Shown: positions 8,307 through 19,239, counted from the stretch's first letter. The stretch is 64,000 bases of DNA from Patescibacteria group bacterium (GCA_028715505.1 JAQURS010000002.1:38658-102657), one strand, 5' to 3'. Notes: generated by a model from the sequence alone, not told the origin. Numbers and translations are program-made.

Positions 8307-8621
8307 ATGACCATCAACATACGGGCAATGGGCATGGAATTGACCGATGCAATTAAGCAGTATGCGGAAGAAAAGTTCTCGACTTTGGAAAAATATTACG
8401 ACAACATCATCCACACGGACGTTGATTTGGGGCTTGAAACCCACCATCACAATAAAGGCGAGATTTACAGCTGTTCGACCATAGTCGAGGTCCCGAATAA
8501 GACCTTCAAGGTGGAAAAGCAGGAAAAGAATCTTTATAAATCGATCGATAAGGTCAGGGATCATTTGCGCGAGGAAATCACGGCCTGGAAAGAGAAGCAG
8601 CGCGATAGCCACCGGACATAG
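8307..8621 (+). CDS. hpf: Ribosome hibernation-promoting factor / RaiA family (short form)
   Basis: MELTDAIKQYAEEKFSTLEKYYD... is a typical sigma-54-modulation/HPF N-terminus. 104 aa. Confidence 0.8.
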   Translation: MTINIRAMGMELTDAIKQYAEEKFSTLEKYYDNIIHTDVDLGLETHHHNKGEIYSCSTIVEVPNKTFKVEKQEKNLYKSIDKVRDHLREEITAWKEKQRDSHRT

Positions 8622-8638
8622 CCAAAAAGCCCGTAACC

Positions 8639-8668
8639 AAGCCCCTAAACAGAGGGGCTTTTAGTTTT
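8639..8668 (+). terminator. Rho-independent terminator after hpf
   Basis: 8-bp stem AAGCCCCT/AGGGGCTT with a 6-nt loop, followed by TTAGTTTT. Confidence 0.65.
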
Positions 8669-8695
8669 GACTTTTGGCATTTTTTAGCCTAAGAT
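8667..8695 (+). promoter_or_regulatory. Sigma70-type promoter for secA (TTGACT-17-TAAGAT)
   Basis: -35 at 8667-8672, -10 at 8690-8695, ATG at 8705. Only 9 nt lie after the -10 and there is no SD. Confidence 0.55.
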
Positions 8696-8704
8696 AGCCG
8701 CGAT

Positions 8705-11440
<2,736 letters not shown>

Positions 11441-11444
11441 GAGT

Positions 11445-11897
11445 ATGAATGGATCGATCCAAAATCAAAAAGAATTAATTGAAACCGTAAGGTATATTGT
11501 TTCTGAAACGATAAAGATGGCTCAGAAGATAGTCGGTAAGAGTTTCCCAATAAATTCGTTGACAGTATTTGCACATTCACAGCCAGAATTCGAAATATTG
11601 TGCGAAATACTGGCAAAAATTGGAAAACCTTATAACTATAACAATGGACCGCGAGTTGAGTTATATGAACCGATTGAAGTTGGAGTAAATCGTATTACTC
11701 ATCTACGTATTCGAAAGCCAGATTCCGAACGTCCTCAAGTAGGGTGCAATGATTTTGAAACCAATTACGAGACTTTTAAGAATGAGTACTTATCGCAACA
11801 TTCAGAAAATCTCATTCTTGTCAAAAGACAAGGGTATGAGATGATTGAGTTCCGGGATAAAAAATTTAATGTACTCGCGTACGTGGTCTCTAATTAA
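11445..11897 (+). CDS. Hypothetical protein (first gene of the AT-richer island)
   Basis: ATG at 11445 follows GGAAGTAGGAG. 150 aa, no recognisable family. Confidence 0.55.
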   Translation: MNGSIQNQKELIETVRYIVSETIKMAQKIVGKSFPINSLTVFAHSQPEFEILCEILAKIGKPYNYNNGPRVELYEPIEVGVNRITHLRIRKPDSERPQVGCNDFETNYETFKNEYLSQHSENLILVKRQGYEMIEFRDKKFNVLAYVVSN

Positions 11898-11919
11898 ATA
11901 TTCCTGTTTGAAATAATTT

Positions 11920-12109
11920 ATGGACCAAACTACTTTCGACAAGGAAATCGCGACATGTCAGAAGCTCTCCAGAGAAAATGGAGGAAGATGCTGTTTGGGG
12001 AGAGTGTGAAAAGTGCGGTGTGATTCCTTTGTTGCACAAGCTTGCTAAAGGTAAGATTTTTGAAGGAGAAGCTGAAGTTAAGGAGTTGAAACGAAACACG
12101 TTGCAATAA
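11920..12109 (+). pseudogene. Split small Cys-rich ORF (two overlapping frames that tile the gap)
   Basis: Frame 1 (11920-12009) gives MDQTTFDKEIATCQKLSRENGGRCCLGRV*. Frame 2 (11978-12109) gives ...WGECEKCGVIPLLHKLAKGKIFEGEAEVKELKRNTLQ*. Skipping nt 12001 joins them into one 62-aa product. Confidence 0.25.
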
Positions 12110-12120
12110 TAAGCACGCCC

Positions 12121-12474
12121 ATGAAAGATGAAGTCCTCAAAGTACAACGGGTCGTAAAAAGAATAAGGTTAGAGTTCGAAAAAAAGAGAGTTTCAAAAAT
12201 AAAGCTTAAAAATTTGTATTTTAAATACAATCCCGTGATTAATGTGATCTCGTTTATCAAAGAAGCAGAAAAGTTGTTTCCGAAATTGAACTGTGGTCTG
12301 ACCTCGGTTTATTTAAAGAATGTATTGGGTGGAGAAGTAATCCAGGGGAAATATGGTCAACATAAACACACTTTCCTTCTATTGAACGATCAGGTGGTCG
12401 ATATTACAGCTGACCAATACGGCGGCCCAAAGGTGTACATCGGGGAATTGCGATATCCATGGAGTAAACAATAA
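12121..12474 (+). CDS. Hypothetical protein (possible Cys/His/Asp hydrolase fold)
   Basis: 117 aa. NCGLTS...HKHTF...DITADQ gives a Cys...His...Asp order reminiscent of papain-like folds. This is speculative. Confidence 0.45.
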   Translation: MKDEVLKVQRVVKRIRLEFEKKRVSKIKLKNLYFKYNPVINVISFIKEAEKLFPKLNCGLTSVYLKNVLGGEVIQGKYGQHKHTFLLLNDQVVDITADQYGGPKVYIGELRYPWSKQ

Positions 12475-12521
12475 GATTTGTGCCAAGCATAACTGTTTGG
12501 TATTCTGCTTCAATAAAGATT

Positions 12522-13085
12522 ATGTCTTTCAAAGAAGACGCTTACGACGCTTTAAGCCAGCCGAAACCTTTGTCGCCTCTGGAGACACCCAACCCAGAAG
12601 AAAAATTCCCTTTACCTCCAAGGTCAGTTAAGCCGGAAGAAGAATCCGGGGCGGTTAGCGAATTTTCGGGCATCAAGGAAATGATATCTGGGGTTGATGA
12701 AGAGTTGGTTTTGGAGAAGGTCACGCAAGTCAGGGCGGCAAGTGATGCAATTGTCCAGCTTTATCGGAATATCGTCGATGTAAATAACTGGGAACCGGAG
12801 GAGAAATGGGAAATGCACGAAAAATTGATTAAATTGAGCGAGGCGATATCCGAACTGAAACATCCCAATGATCTCGTGAAGCAGGCGGAAGATCACAATC
12901 AAAGGATCAAGCTTCTCGTTCCGGGTAAGCCGGTCGATACGACCATTATTGAAAGTGAATTTATCCATAAAGCTGGAGAGGCGATCAACGAGGCCATCGA
13001 AAACATTAATAAGGAACATGAAGGTGAAATGTTTTATAGTGGCTACAAAAAGAAATCTGAATCCGCGGGAGAAAAAGCGGCATGA
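12522..13085 (+). CDS. Acidic hypothetical protein
   Basis: In-frame ATG at 12522. Glu-rich, predicted helical, no family recognised. Confidence 0.5.
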   Translation: MSFKEDAYDALSQPKPLSPLETPNPEEKFPLPPRSVKPEEESGAVSEFSGIKEMISGVDEELVLEKVTQVRAASDAIVQLYRNIVDVNNWEPEEKWEMHEKLIKLSEAISELKHPNDLVKQAEDHNQRIKLLVPGKPVDTTIIESEFIHKAGEAINEAIENINKEHEGEMFYSGYKKKSESAGEKAA

Positions 13086-13086
13086 T

Positions 13087-13500
13087 ATGAAAATAGGCAT
13101 AATTGGCAGCATGCAAATGACGGAGCGCATGCTCGAACTCAAGGATAAACTCGAAGCCATGGGGCACGCAGTCGTGGTTTCGAAGTTCGCGCCTGGCTAC
13201 GTCGGCAAGACGGACGAGGAAAAAGAAGTCGTCAAATTGAACGATAAATTCAACCACGACGCCATACGGGAATTTTGGGACGTGATGCAAAATACGAATG
13301 CTGTCTTGGTCGCGAACTACGAAAAACACGGGATCCCGAATTATATCGGCGGTAACACTCTCATGGAAATTGGTTTTGCGCACGTCTTGAACCAAAAAAT
13401 ATTTTTGATTAATCCGATTCCTGATATTCCTTTTTATAAAACGGAGATTGAAGCCGTTAGGCCAGTGATAATCAACGGAGATCTGACTAAGATAGTTTGA
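13087..13500 (+). CDS. Nucleoside 2-deoxyribosyltransferase-like protein
   Basis: MKIGIIGSM... Rossmann-like start and GGNTLMEIGFA (conserved Glu context), as in NDT/DNPH1-like families. The start lies 1 nt after the upstream stop. Confidence 0.5.
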   Translation: MKIGIIGSMQMTERMLELKDKLEAMGHAVVVSKFAPGYVGKTDEEKEVVKLNDKFNHDAIREFWDVMQNTNAVLVANYEKHGIPNYIGGNTLMEIGFAHVLNQKIFLINPIPDIPFYKTEIEAVRPVIINGDLTKIV

Positions 13501-13503
13501 GAT

Positions 13504-13926
13504 ATGCCTGAAGTCCAAAGGCCCTTGGTCGGCGTCTGCGTCATGATCTTTAAAGAAGGGCAGGTCCTAATGGGGCGAAGGTTGGCCAATCAAGGAGTGG
13601 GTAAATATCAGTTCCCCGGAGGGCATTTGGAGTACATGGAGTCTTTTGAAGATTGCGTGAGGCGAGAATGCAAGGAAGAATGCGGACTTGAGATCAAGAA
13701 CATTCGATTCCAGTCGATACGGAATCAAAAAGAATACCCTCCCTTTCATCGTGTCATGATGATCTGCTTGGCCGATTGGGCAAGCGGCGAACCGGTAAAT
13801 TCAGAACCTGAAAAAAACGAATCATGGCAATGGTACGATCTAAACCATTTGCCAGAGCCTATTCTTGAAACGGCTTCGCAAGCCATCGAAAGCATGAAAA
13901 CAGGGCAAGTATTTTTTGATAATTGA
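13504..13926 (+). CDS. NUDIX hydrolase
   Basis: Nudix box GGHLEYMESFEDCVRRECKEECGL. Confidence 0.85.
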   Translation: MPEVQRPLVGVCVMIFKEGQVLMGRRLANQGVGKYQFPGGHLEYMESFEDCVRRECKEECGLEIKNIRFQSIRNQKEYPPFHRVMMICLADWASGEPVNSEPEKNESWQWYDLNHLPEPILETASQAIESMKTGQVFFDN

Positions 13927-13927
13927 T

Positions 13928-14560
13928 ATGGCGCTTGAAGCGACTCACATGCGGTTTGCGATGGATCTGAAGGACAAATATCAGGTTAAGGATTTGGACG
14001 AATACATTTCGGGCTCAATTTATCCCGATAGCCGATATATAACAAAAATTGATCGCGAGTTGACTCACCCCAAAGATTACATGGAATGGGAGATTTTGAA
14101 ATTAGATGACTTTAAAAAAGGCTGGCACACGCATTTATTGTGTGATGATTTACAGAGGCGGATATTTAGGGAGCAGAAAACGGAAATTTTTACCGACGAT
14201 TACATTCGGTTTGGGCCAACTTGGGTCCGCCAAACAACTTTGAAGGTCCTTCAAGATCAAGACGATCTCCGTCATTTTGATATTTTGACTTGTCTTCAGC
14301 GCTTGGAATGCGTTGAGATGCCAAACGGAGAAAATATGGAGACGGTCAAGGCCTACAATCAAATTTTTATTAGAGAATACCATAATCCCAAATCTTTTAA
14401 TTTGGATAATAGCGACCGGATAGGTCTTGCGCTCGGAATCGAGGAAGATATTGTCAGAAAAATAAGAAATCAGTCCGAAGAATATCTTAAGGATGAATCG
14501 ATGATGAATTTCGTGCATGGGATCTATAACCAAATGCTCGAGAGAGCTTTATCTTTATAA
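13928..14560 (+). CDS. Hypothetical protein (His/Asp-rich, possible metal-dependent hydrolase)
   Basis: ATHMRFA...YPDSRY...GWHTHLLCDD is reminiscent of Zn-dependent phospholipase C-like motifs. Weak. Confidence 0.45.
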   Translation: MALEATHMRFAMDLKDKYQVKDLDEYISGSIYPDSRYITKIDRELTHPKDYMEWEILKLDDFKKGWHTHLLCDDLQRRIFREQKTEIFTDDYIRFGPTWVRQTTLKVLQDQDDLRHFDILTCLQRLECVEMPNGENMETVKAYNQIFIREYHNPKSFNLDNSDRIGLALGIEEDIVRKIRNQSEEYLKDESMMNFVHGIYNQMLERALSL

Positions 14561-14574
14561 TTGAATTTACGATT

Positions 14575-15060
14575 ATGACCCAAGACGAGCAAATTTATCA
14601 TAACAAAGACGCCAAGCGCGGCGTGGATTACATTGGCGTGAACTGCGTATTTTTCTGTCATGACGGACAAGGGAATATTTTATTGCACAAGCGCAGCTCG
14701 GCGTGCCGGGACGAGCAAGGTCGTTGGGATTGCGGAGGAGGATCAATGGAATTTGGCGAGACTTTTGACGAAACGGTTGCCCGCGAGATTAGCGAGGAAT
14801 ATTGCGCTAAACCTCTCGAGATCGTCAGAACCGAAGCGGTTAATGTCCTTCGGAACAATAACGGCGTGGACACCCATTGGATTGCCGTGGTGCACGCCGT
14901 TAAGCTGGATCCCGCTGAAACGCGCATTGGCGAGCCCGCGAAAATGGAAGAGCTTGGCTGGTTTAAATACGACGAGTTGCCAGAGCCGCTACATTCGATG
15001 TTTTTAAAACATTTTGATTTAGTGAAACCGCATATCGTTCCGGGATATGAAAACTCTTAA
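14575..15060 (+). CDS. NUDIX hydrolase
   Basis: Nudix box GGGSMEFGETFDETVAREISEEYCA. Confidence 0.85.
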   Translation: MTQDEQIYHNKDAKRGVDYIGVNCVFFCHDGQGNILLHKRSSACRDEQGRWDCGGGSMEFGETFDETVAREISEEYCAKPLEIVRTEAVNVLRNNNGVDTHWIAVVHAVKLDPAETRIGEPAKMEELGWFKYDELPEPLHSMFLKHFDLVKPHIVPGYENS

Positions 15061-15370
15061 GTTCGCTTCAAACTTAGTTCCCCTTATTCTTTCTAGCGAG
15101 AAGATTTCGACTTGGCGTTTGTTTGACGACAAGGATCTGCAAATCGGAGATGAGTTGGCGTTTATCAATAAAGAAACCGGCGAGGAATTTGCCAAAGCTC
15201 ACATAACATCAATGAGTATCAAACCCTTGAGCCAGGTCACGCCGGGAGATTATGAGGGTCATGAGAAGTATTCTAGTATTGATGAAATGTTGGAAACTTA
15301 TAAAAAATATTACGGAGACAAAGTGACGCCTGAGACGGAAGTTAAAATCTTGAAATTTGAGTTGATATAG
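15047..15370 (+). CDS. ASCH (PUA-like) domain protein
   Basis: The size and the motif pattern STWRLFDDKDLQIGDELAFINKETGEEFAKAHI...YEGHEKY are typical of ASCH domains. Confidence 0.65.
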   Translation: MKTLKFASNLVPLILSSEKISTWRLFDDKDLQIGDELAFINKETGEEFAKAHITSMSIKPLSQVTPGDYEGHEKYSSIDEMLETYKKYYGDKVTPETEVKILKFELI

Positions 15371-15374
15371 ATTT

Positions 15375-15614
15375 ATGTCAGTTCCGGATTGGTCGGAACA
15401 AGCCAAGAATTTCAAGCTAGGGCGTTATCGCCATTACAGCGGCAAGGAATATGAGGTTATCGGAATAGCGCATCACAGCGAGACTCTGGAAGAGCTAGTC
15501 GTCTACAAAGCATTGTACGACGCAAGATTGATTTGGGTCAGGCCTTTGGGAATGTTTTTGGAGGAGGTGGAAGTCGAAGGCGATAAAGTACCTAGATTTG
15601 ATTATTTAGGATAA
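15375..15614 (+). CDS. DUF1653 domain protein
   Basis: GRYRHYSGKEYEVIGIAHHSETLEELVVYKALYD...WVRPLGMF matches the DUF1653 signature as I remember it. Confidence 0.7.
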   Translation: MSVPDWSEQAKNFKLGRYRHYSGKEYEVIGIAHHSETLEELVVYKALYDARLIWVRPLGMFLEEVEVEGDKVPRFDYLG

Positions 15615-15647
15615 AATGTCTTTAAATAATTTTTCATTGCTAATCAT

Positions 15648-16124
15648 ATGGGCATGATGGACAAAATGATGGCCAAGATCACCGGGAGCGAAGTCAATAA
15701 GGCCGAGGTCAGCGGGATTAGGAAAAAGGAAGATGTGGCTTTTTCAAAGACTGAACTTTCGCCTGGCTTGGAAAAACAATGGGACAGCAAAATGGCGGCT
15801 CAAGCCCAGAGCGTCGAAGATAAGGCCAAGACGGACGAATTGCGACAGCGAATCGCGGATGTTCAAGCTTCGCATGGTTTGGCTGCTGCTTACGGAGGCA
15901 AAGAAGAATATCTAAAAGCCGTTCAAGAATCTACAAAAGATATCGGGCAAAAGCTCGCCGCTAAGGAAGAGATGGAGAGACAACAAATCGCGGAACAGCA
16001 AAAAGCCAAGTTGAGCGCTTTGGAGCGACGGTCATCGGTTTTTGGCATCGAAAAAGATCTCGAGGTGTGGCAGCAAAGGGAAGGGGAGGAAAAGGCCCGT
16101 CGCGAGCGGTTGGACTTAGAATAG
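15648..16124 (+). CDS. Coiled-coil hypothetical protein
   Basis: 158 aa, Lys/Glu/Ala/Gln-rich heptad-like sequence. Confidence 0.5.
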   Translation: MGMMDKMMAKITGSEVNKAEVSGIRKKEDVAFSKTELSPGLEKQWDSKMAAQAQSVEDKAKTDELRQRIADVQASHGLAAAYGGKEEYLKAVQESTKDIGQKLAAKEEMERQQIAEQQKAKLSALERRSSVFGIEKDLEVWQQREGEEKARRERLDLE

Positions 16125-16181
16125 CCATTTAATTGATACCCCTTGTCTAATAACCATCAGTTGGCTATACTTTTGCCGTTT

Positions 16182-18251
16182 ATGCCAAAACCGTCTCAGT
16201 CCGGATTTTCCGGCGTTCCCCGCGTTTCCGTCAAAAGGCGCATCGCTTTGATCGCTTTGATGACCGTCGTTGTCGGCTCGCTTAGCTACCCTGGCCCGGC
16301 CAACTGGCTGATTGACCAGACTAACAACGCTTTGCGCACCCACTTCGGCCATATCGATAAACCCTTCGTGCTAGGTTTGGACCTGCAAGGAGGTACCCGG
16401 CTTGAATACGAAGCCGACGTGTCACACGTCACATCGGACAAGCAGTCATCCGCTTTGGATGGCGTGCGTGACGTTATAGAACGCCGCGTTAATGCCATGG
16501 GCGTGTCGGAACCTTTGGTTCAGACGACCCGCGCCGGAGATTCGTGGCGCGTTTCGGTCGAATTGGCCGGCATCAAAGATATTAAACAAGCCATTAAGAT
16601 GATCGGCGAAACGCCGATTTTGGAATTCAAGGAACAAAATCCCGATCTCGGCCGGGCATTGACGGCCGACGAGAAAAAGCAGTTGGACGACTCGGCTAAA
16701 GCTGCCCAATCCAAGGCTAATGACCTTTTGGCCAAAGCCCTGAAGGATCCGGGTTCGTTTGAGAATCTGGTCCGTCAGTCGGCCGAAGACCTGGTCGCTA
16801 AGGACCAAGGCGGCGAGTTGGGTTATATCAAAGGTAATCCGAATTATACCGACATATACAACGCGGCCGTGGCTGCCGATCCCGGAACGGTTTTGAATAA
16901 AATCGTGAGCACGCCGAGCGGCGAGGCTGTGGTTAAAGTTGAAGCTAAGAAAGACGCCGGTCAAGAAATTAAAGTTCGTCATATCTTGATCCAATGGGCG
17001 GGCGCCGAACAGGCACCGACTTCCACCACCAGGACCAAGGTCCAAGCCTTGGCTGAAGCTCAAAAGATCCAAAAAGAATTGACCGCGGCTAATTTCGCTG
17101 ACGAAGCCAAGAAATACTCCGAAGAACCCGGAGCTACCGTGAGCGGCGGCGATTTGGGCTGGTTCGGCAAAGGCATGATGGTCAAACAGTTCGAGGACGC
17201 GGCTTTCGCCTTGAAGAAAGGGGAGATCTCCGGCCCGGTCGAAACCCCGTTTGGTTATCATTTGATTTACAAAGAGGATGAGAAGAACGTCCAGGACGTG
17301 CAGGTCCGCGTCGCCATCTTTAAGAAGATGCAGGAGACGGATATCGTGTCGCAAGACGAATGGAAAACCACCGATTTGACCGGCAAACAATTGACTTCGG
17401 CTCAGATTGAGTTCAGCCAAAACACGGGTTCACCGGAAGTCGGCCTGCAATTCAACGATGAGGGCGCCAAACTTTTCGCGGATTTGACCAAACGCAACGT
17501 GGGCAAGCCGGTCGCTATCTTTTTGGATGGCGAGCCGATCAGCGTGCCTACCGTTAACACCGAGATTTTGGGCGGCAAAGCCGTCATCACGGGCTCGTTC
17601 AGCGTGAACGAGGCCAAACTTTTGGCCCAGCGCCTGCAGGCAGGCGCTTTGCCCGTGCCGATCAAACTGATCGCGCAGCAATCAGTCGGCCCGATGCTCG
17701 GCTCGGATTCGGTCAAAGCATCACTCCTCGCCGGCCTTTGGGGCCTGCTCTTGGTTTCTCTCTTCATGTTGGCCTTCTACCGCATCCCTGGTCTGCTTTC
17801 AGTGGTCGCTTTGGGCGTATACGCTTTGATCTCACTGGCCATCTTCAAGCTGTTGCCCGTCACCTTGTCGCTCTCCGGCATCGCGGGTTTCATCCTTTCG
17901 ATCGGCATGGCGGTGGACGCGAACGTGCTCATTTTCGAGCGCCTCAAAGAAGAGTTACGGAATGGCAAAGGTTATTCGCAAGCCATGGAAGAAGGCTTTA
18001 GGCGCGCCTGGCTTTCCATCCGCGACGGCAACGCCACCTCAATCATTTCCTGCGTCGTGCTGTATTGGTTCACGTCATCGGTCATCAAAGGTTTTGCCTT
18101 AACCCTGGCCATTGGCGTCATCATCTCAATGTTTACGGCCATTGTCGTAACCCGCAACCTCATGCGCTGGGTCATGACTCCGAACGTCGTCTCTAAACTC
18201 GGTTGGCTCGTTTTCGCGCCAAAACCCAAAGAGGATAAGAAGCAAGCATAA
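16182..18251 (+). CDS. secD: Protein-export membrane protein SecD with an inserted tandem parvulin-type PPIase region
   Basis: SecD signatures: LGLDLQGGTRLEYEADV, GETPILEFKEQ, VAIFLDGEPISVPTV, LPVPIKLIAQQSVGPMLG, and C-terminal TM helices. The insert (aa 166-410 of the ORF) contains VRHILI...GGDLGWFGKGMMVKQFEDAAFALKKGEISGPVETPFGYHLIY. Confidence 0.9.
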   Translation: MPKPSQSGFSGVPRVSVKRRIALIALMTVVVGSLSYPGPANWLIDQTNNALRTHFGHIDKPFVLGLDLQGGTRLEYEADVSHVTSDKQSSALDGVRDVIERRVNAMGVSEPLVQTTRAGDSWRVSVELAGIKDIKQAIKMIGETPILEFKEQNPDLGRALTADEKKQLDDSAKAAQSKANDLLAKALKDPGSFENLVRQSAEDLVAKDQGGELGYIKGNPNYTDIYNAAVAADPGTVLNKIVSTPSGEAVVKVEAKKDAGQEIKVRHILIQWAGAEQAPTSTTRTKVQALAEAQKIQKELTAANFADEAKKYSEEPGATVSGGDLGWFGKGMMVKQFEDAAFALKKGEISGPVETPFGYHLIYKEDEKNVQDVQVRVAIFKKMQETDIVSQDEWKTTDLTGKQLTSAQIEFSQNTGSPEVGLQFNDEGAKLFADLTKRNVGKPVAIFLDGEPISVPTVNTEILGGKAVITGSFSVNEAKLLAQRLQAGALPVPIKLIAQQSVGPMLGSDSVKASLLAGLWGLLLVSLFMLAFYRIPGLLSVVALGVYALISLAIFKLLPVTLSLSGIAGFILSIGMAVDANVLIFERLKEELRNGKGYSQAMEEGFRRAWLSIRDGNATSIISCVVLYWFTSSVIKGFALTLAIGVIISMFTAIVVTRNLMRWVMTPNVVSKLGWLVFAPKPKEDKKQA

Positions 18252-18256
18252 AATTT

Positions 18257-19171
18257 ATGAATATCATCAAACTCCGTCCGATTTGGTACCTGATTTCCGC
18301 CGTCCTGATCGGAGCCAGCATAATTTTCCTGGCCGTGTTCGGCTTGAAGGAAGGCATTGATTTCGCCGGCGGCTCGCTCTTGGTGGTGCGCTACGAAAGC
18401 GCGCGTCCTTCGCCCATAGAAGCTGAAAATACCGTTTCTTCGCTGAACCTGGGCGGGATCGTCGTCCAACCGGTGGGGGAGACTGACATGAGTTTTAGGC
18501 TTAAGGACATGGACGAGGCCACGCACCAAAAATTCGTTCAACTTTTAAAGGAAAAGTACGGCAATTTGACGGAGCTCAGGTTCGACTCAATTGGCCCCAT
18601 TATTGGTCAAGAATTGCGTTCAAAATCCATCTTCGCGCTGGTCATTGTGTTTGTAGCGATCATGATTTACATTGCCTATACCTTCCGCAAAGTCTCGGTT
18701 CCCATCGCTTCTTGGAAGTATGGCTTTATCACGGCTTTAACCGCTTTCCACGACGTCATAGTCCCGATCGGGTTGTTTGCCTTGTTGGGTAAATTGCACG
18801 GATTGGAAATAGGCACCTCGTTCGTGGCTGCCATCCTGACCGTCATGGGTTTCTCGATTCACGACACGATCGTTGTTTTGGACAGGGTGCGCGAGAATTT
18901 GCAAAGGACTTCCGGTCTTTTCGAAGACATAGTCAACACATCACTTAACCAAACAATCGTCCGTTCGATCAACACGACTGTTACGACTTTACTGGCTTTG
19001 ATCGCGGTCTACTTATTCGGAGGCGAATCGGTGCGCGATTTCTCCCTGGCCCTGATCATTGGCATTGCCGTGGGAGCCTATTCCTCGATCTTCATTGCCG
19101 CTCCATTGCTGGTGACTTGGTATAAATTCGACTTGAAAGCCAAGGCCAAGCTTCGCGCGCCGACAAGGTAG
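18257..19171 (+). CDS. secF: Protein-export membrane protein SecF
   Basis: GIDFAGGS start, six TM helices and HDTIVVLDRVREN motif. Confidence 0.92.
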   Translation: MNIIKLRPIWYLISAVLIGASIIFLAVFGLKEGIDFAGGSLLVVRYESARPSPIEAENTVSSLNLGGIVVQPVGETDMSFRLKDMDEATHQKFVQLLKEKYGNLTELRFDSIGPIIGQELRSKSIFALVIVFVAIMIYIAYTFRKVSVPIASWKYGFITALTAFHDVIVPIGLFALLGKLHGLEIGTSFVAAILTVMGFSIHDTIVVLDRVRENLQRTSGLFEDIVNTSLNQTIVRSINTTVTTLLALIAVYLFGGESVRDFSLALIIGIAVGAYSSIFIAAPLLVTWYKFDLKAKAKLRAPTR

Positions 19172-19201
19172 TCTTCAGATCACAAATACCGCTTCCGGAC
19201 G

Positions 19202-19231
19202 TTGGTCGCCACGGGTCGATTGTGATATCAT
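19202..19231 (+). promoter_or_regulatory. Extended -10 promoter (TGaTATCAT) for the 19240 module
   Basis: TTGGTC at 19202-07, 18-nt spacer, TG at 19223-24, TATCAT at 19226-31, ATG at 19240 (8 nt after the -10, no SD). Confidence 0.5.
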
Positions 19232-19239
19232 ATCCAACT

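Noticed and set aside
16446-17420. 324-aa ORF antisense to the parvulin insert of secD
   Set aside because: The sense frame encodes a textbook parvulin domain flanked by SecD motifs in one continuous ORF. The antisense product has no start context or recognisable motif.
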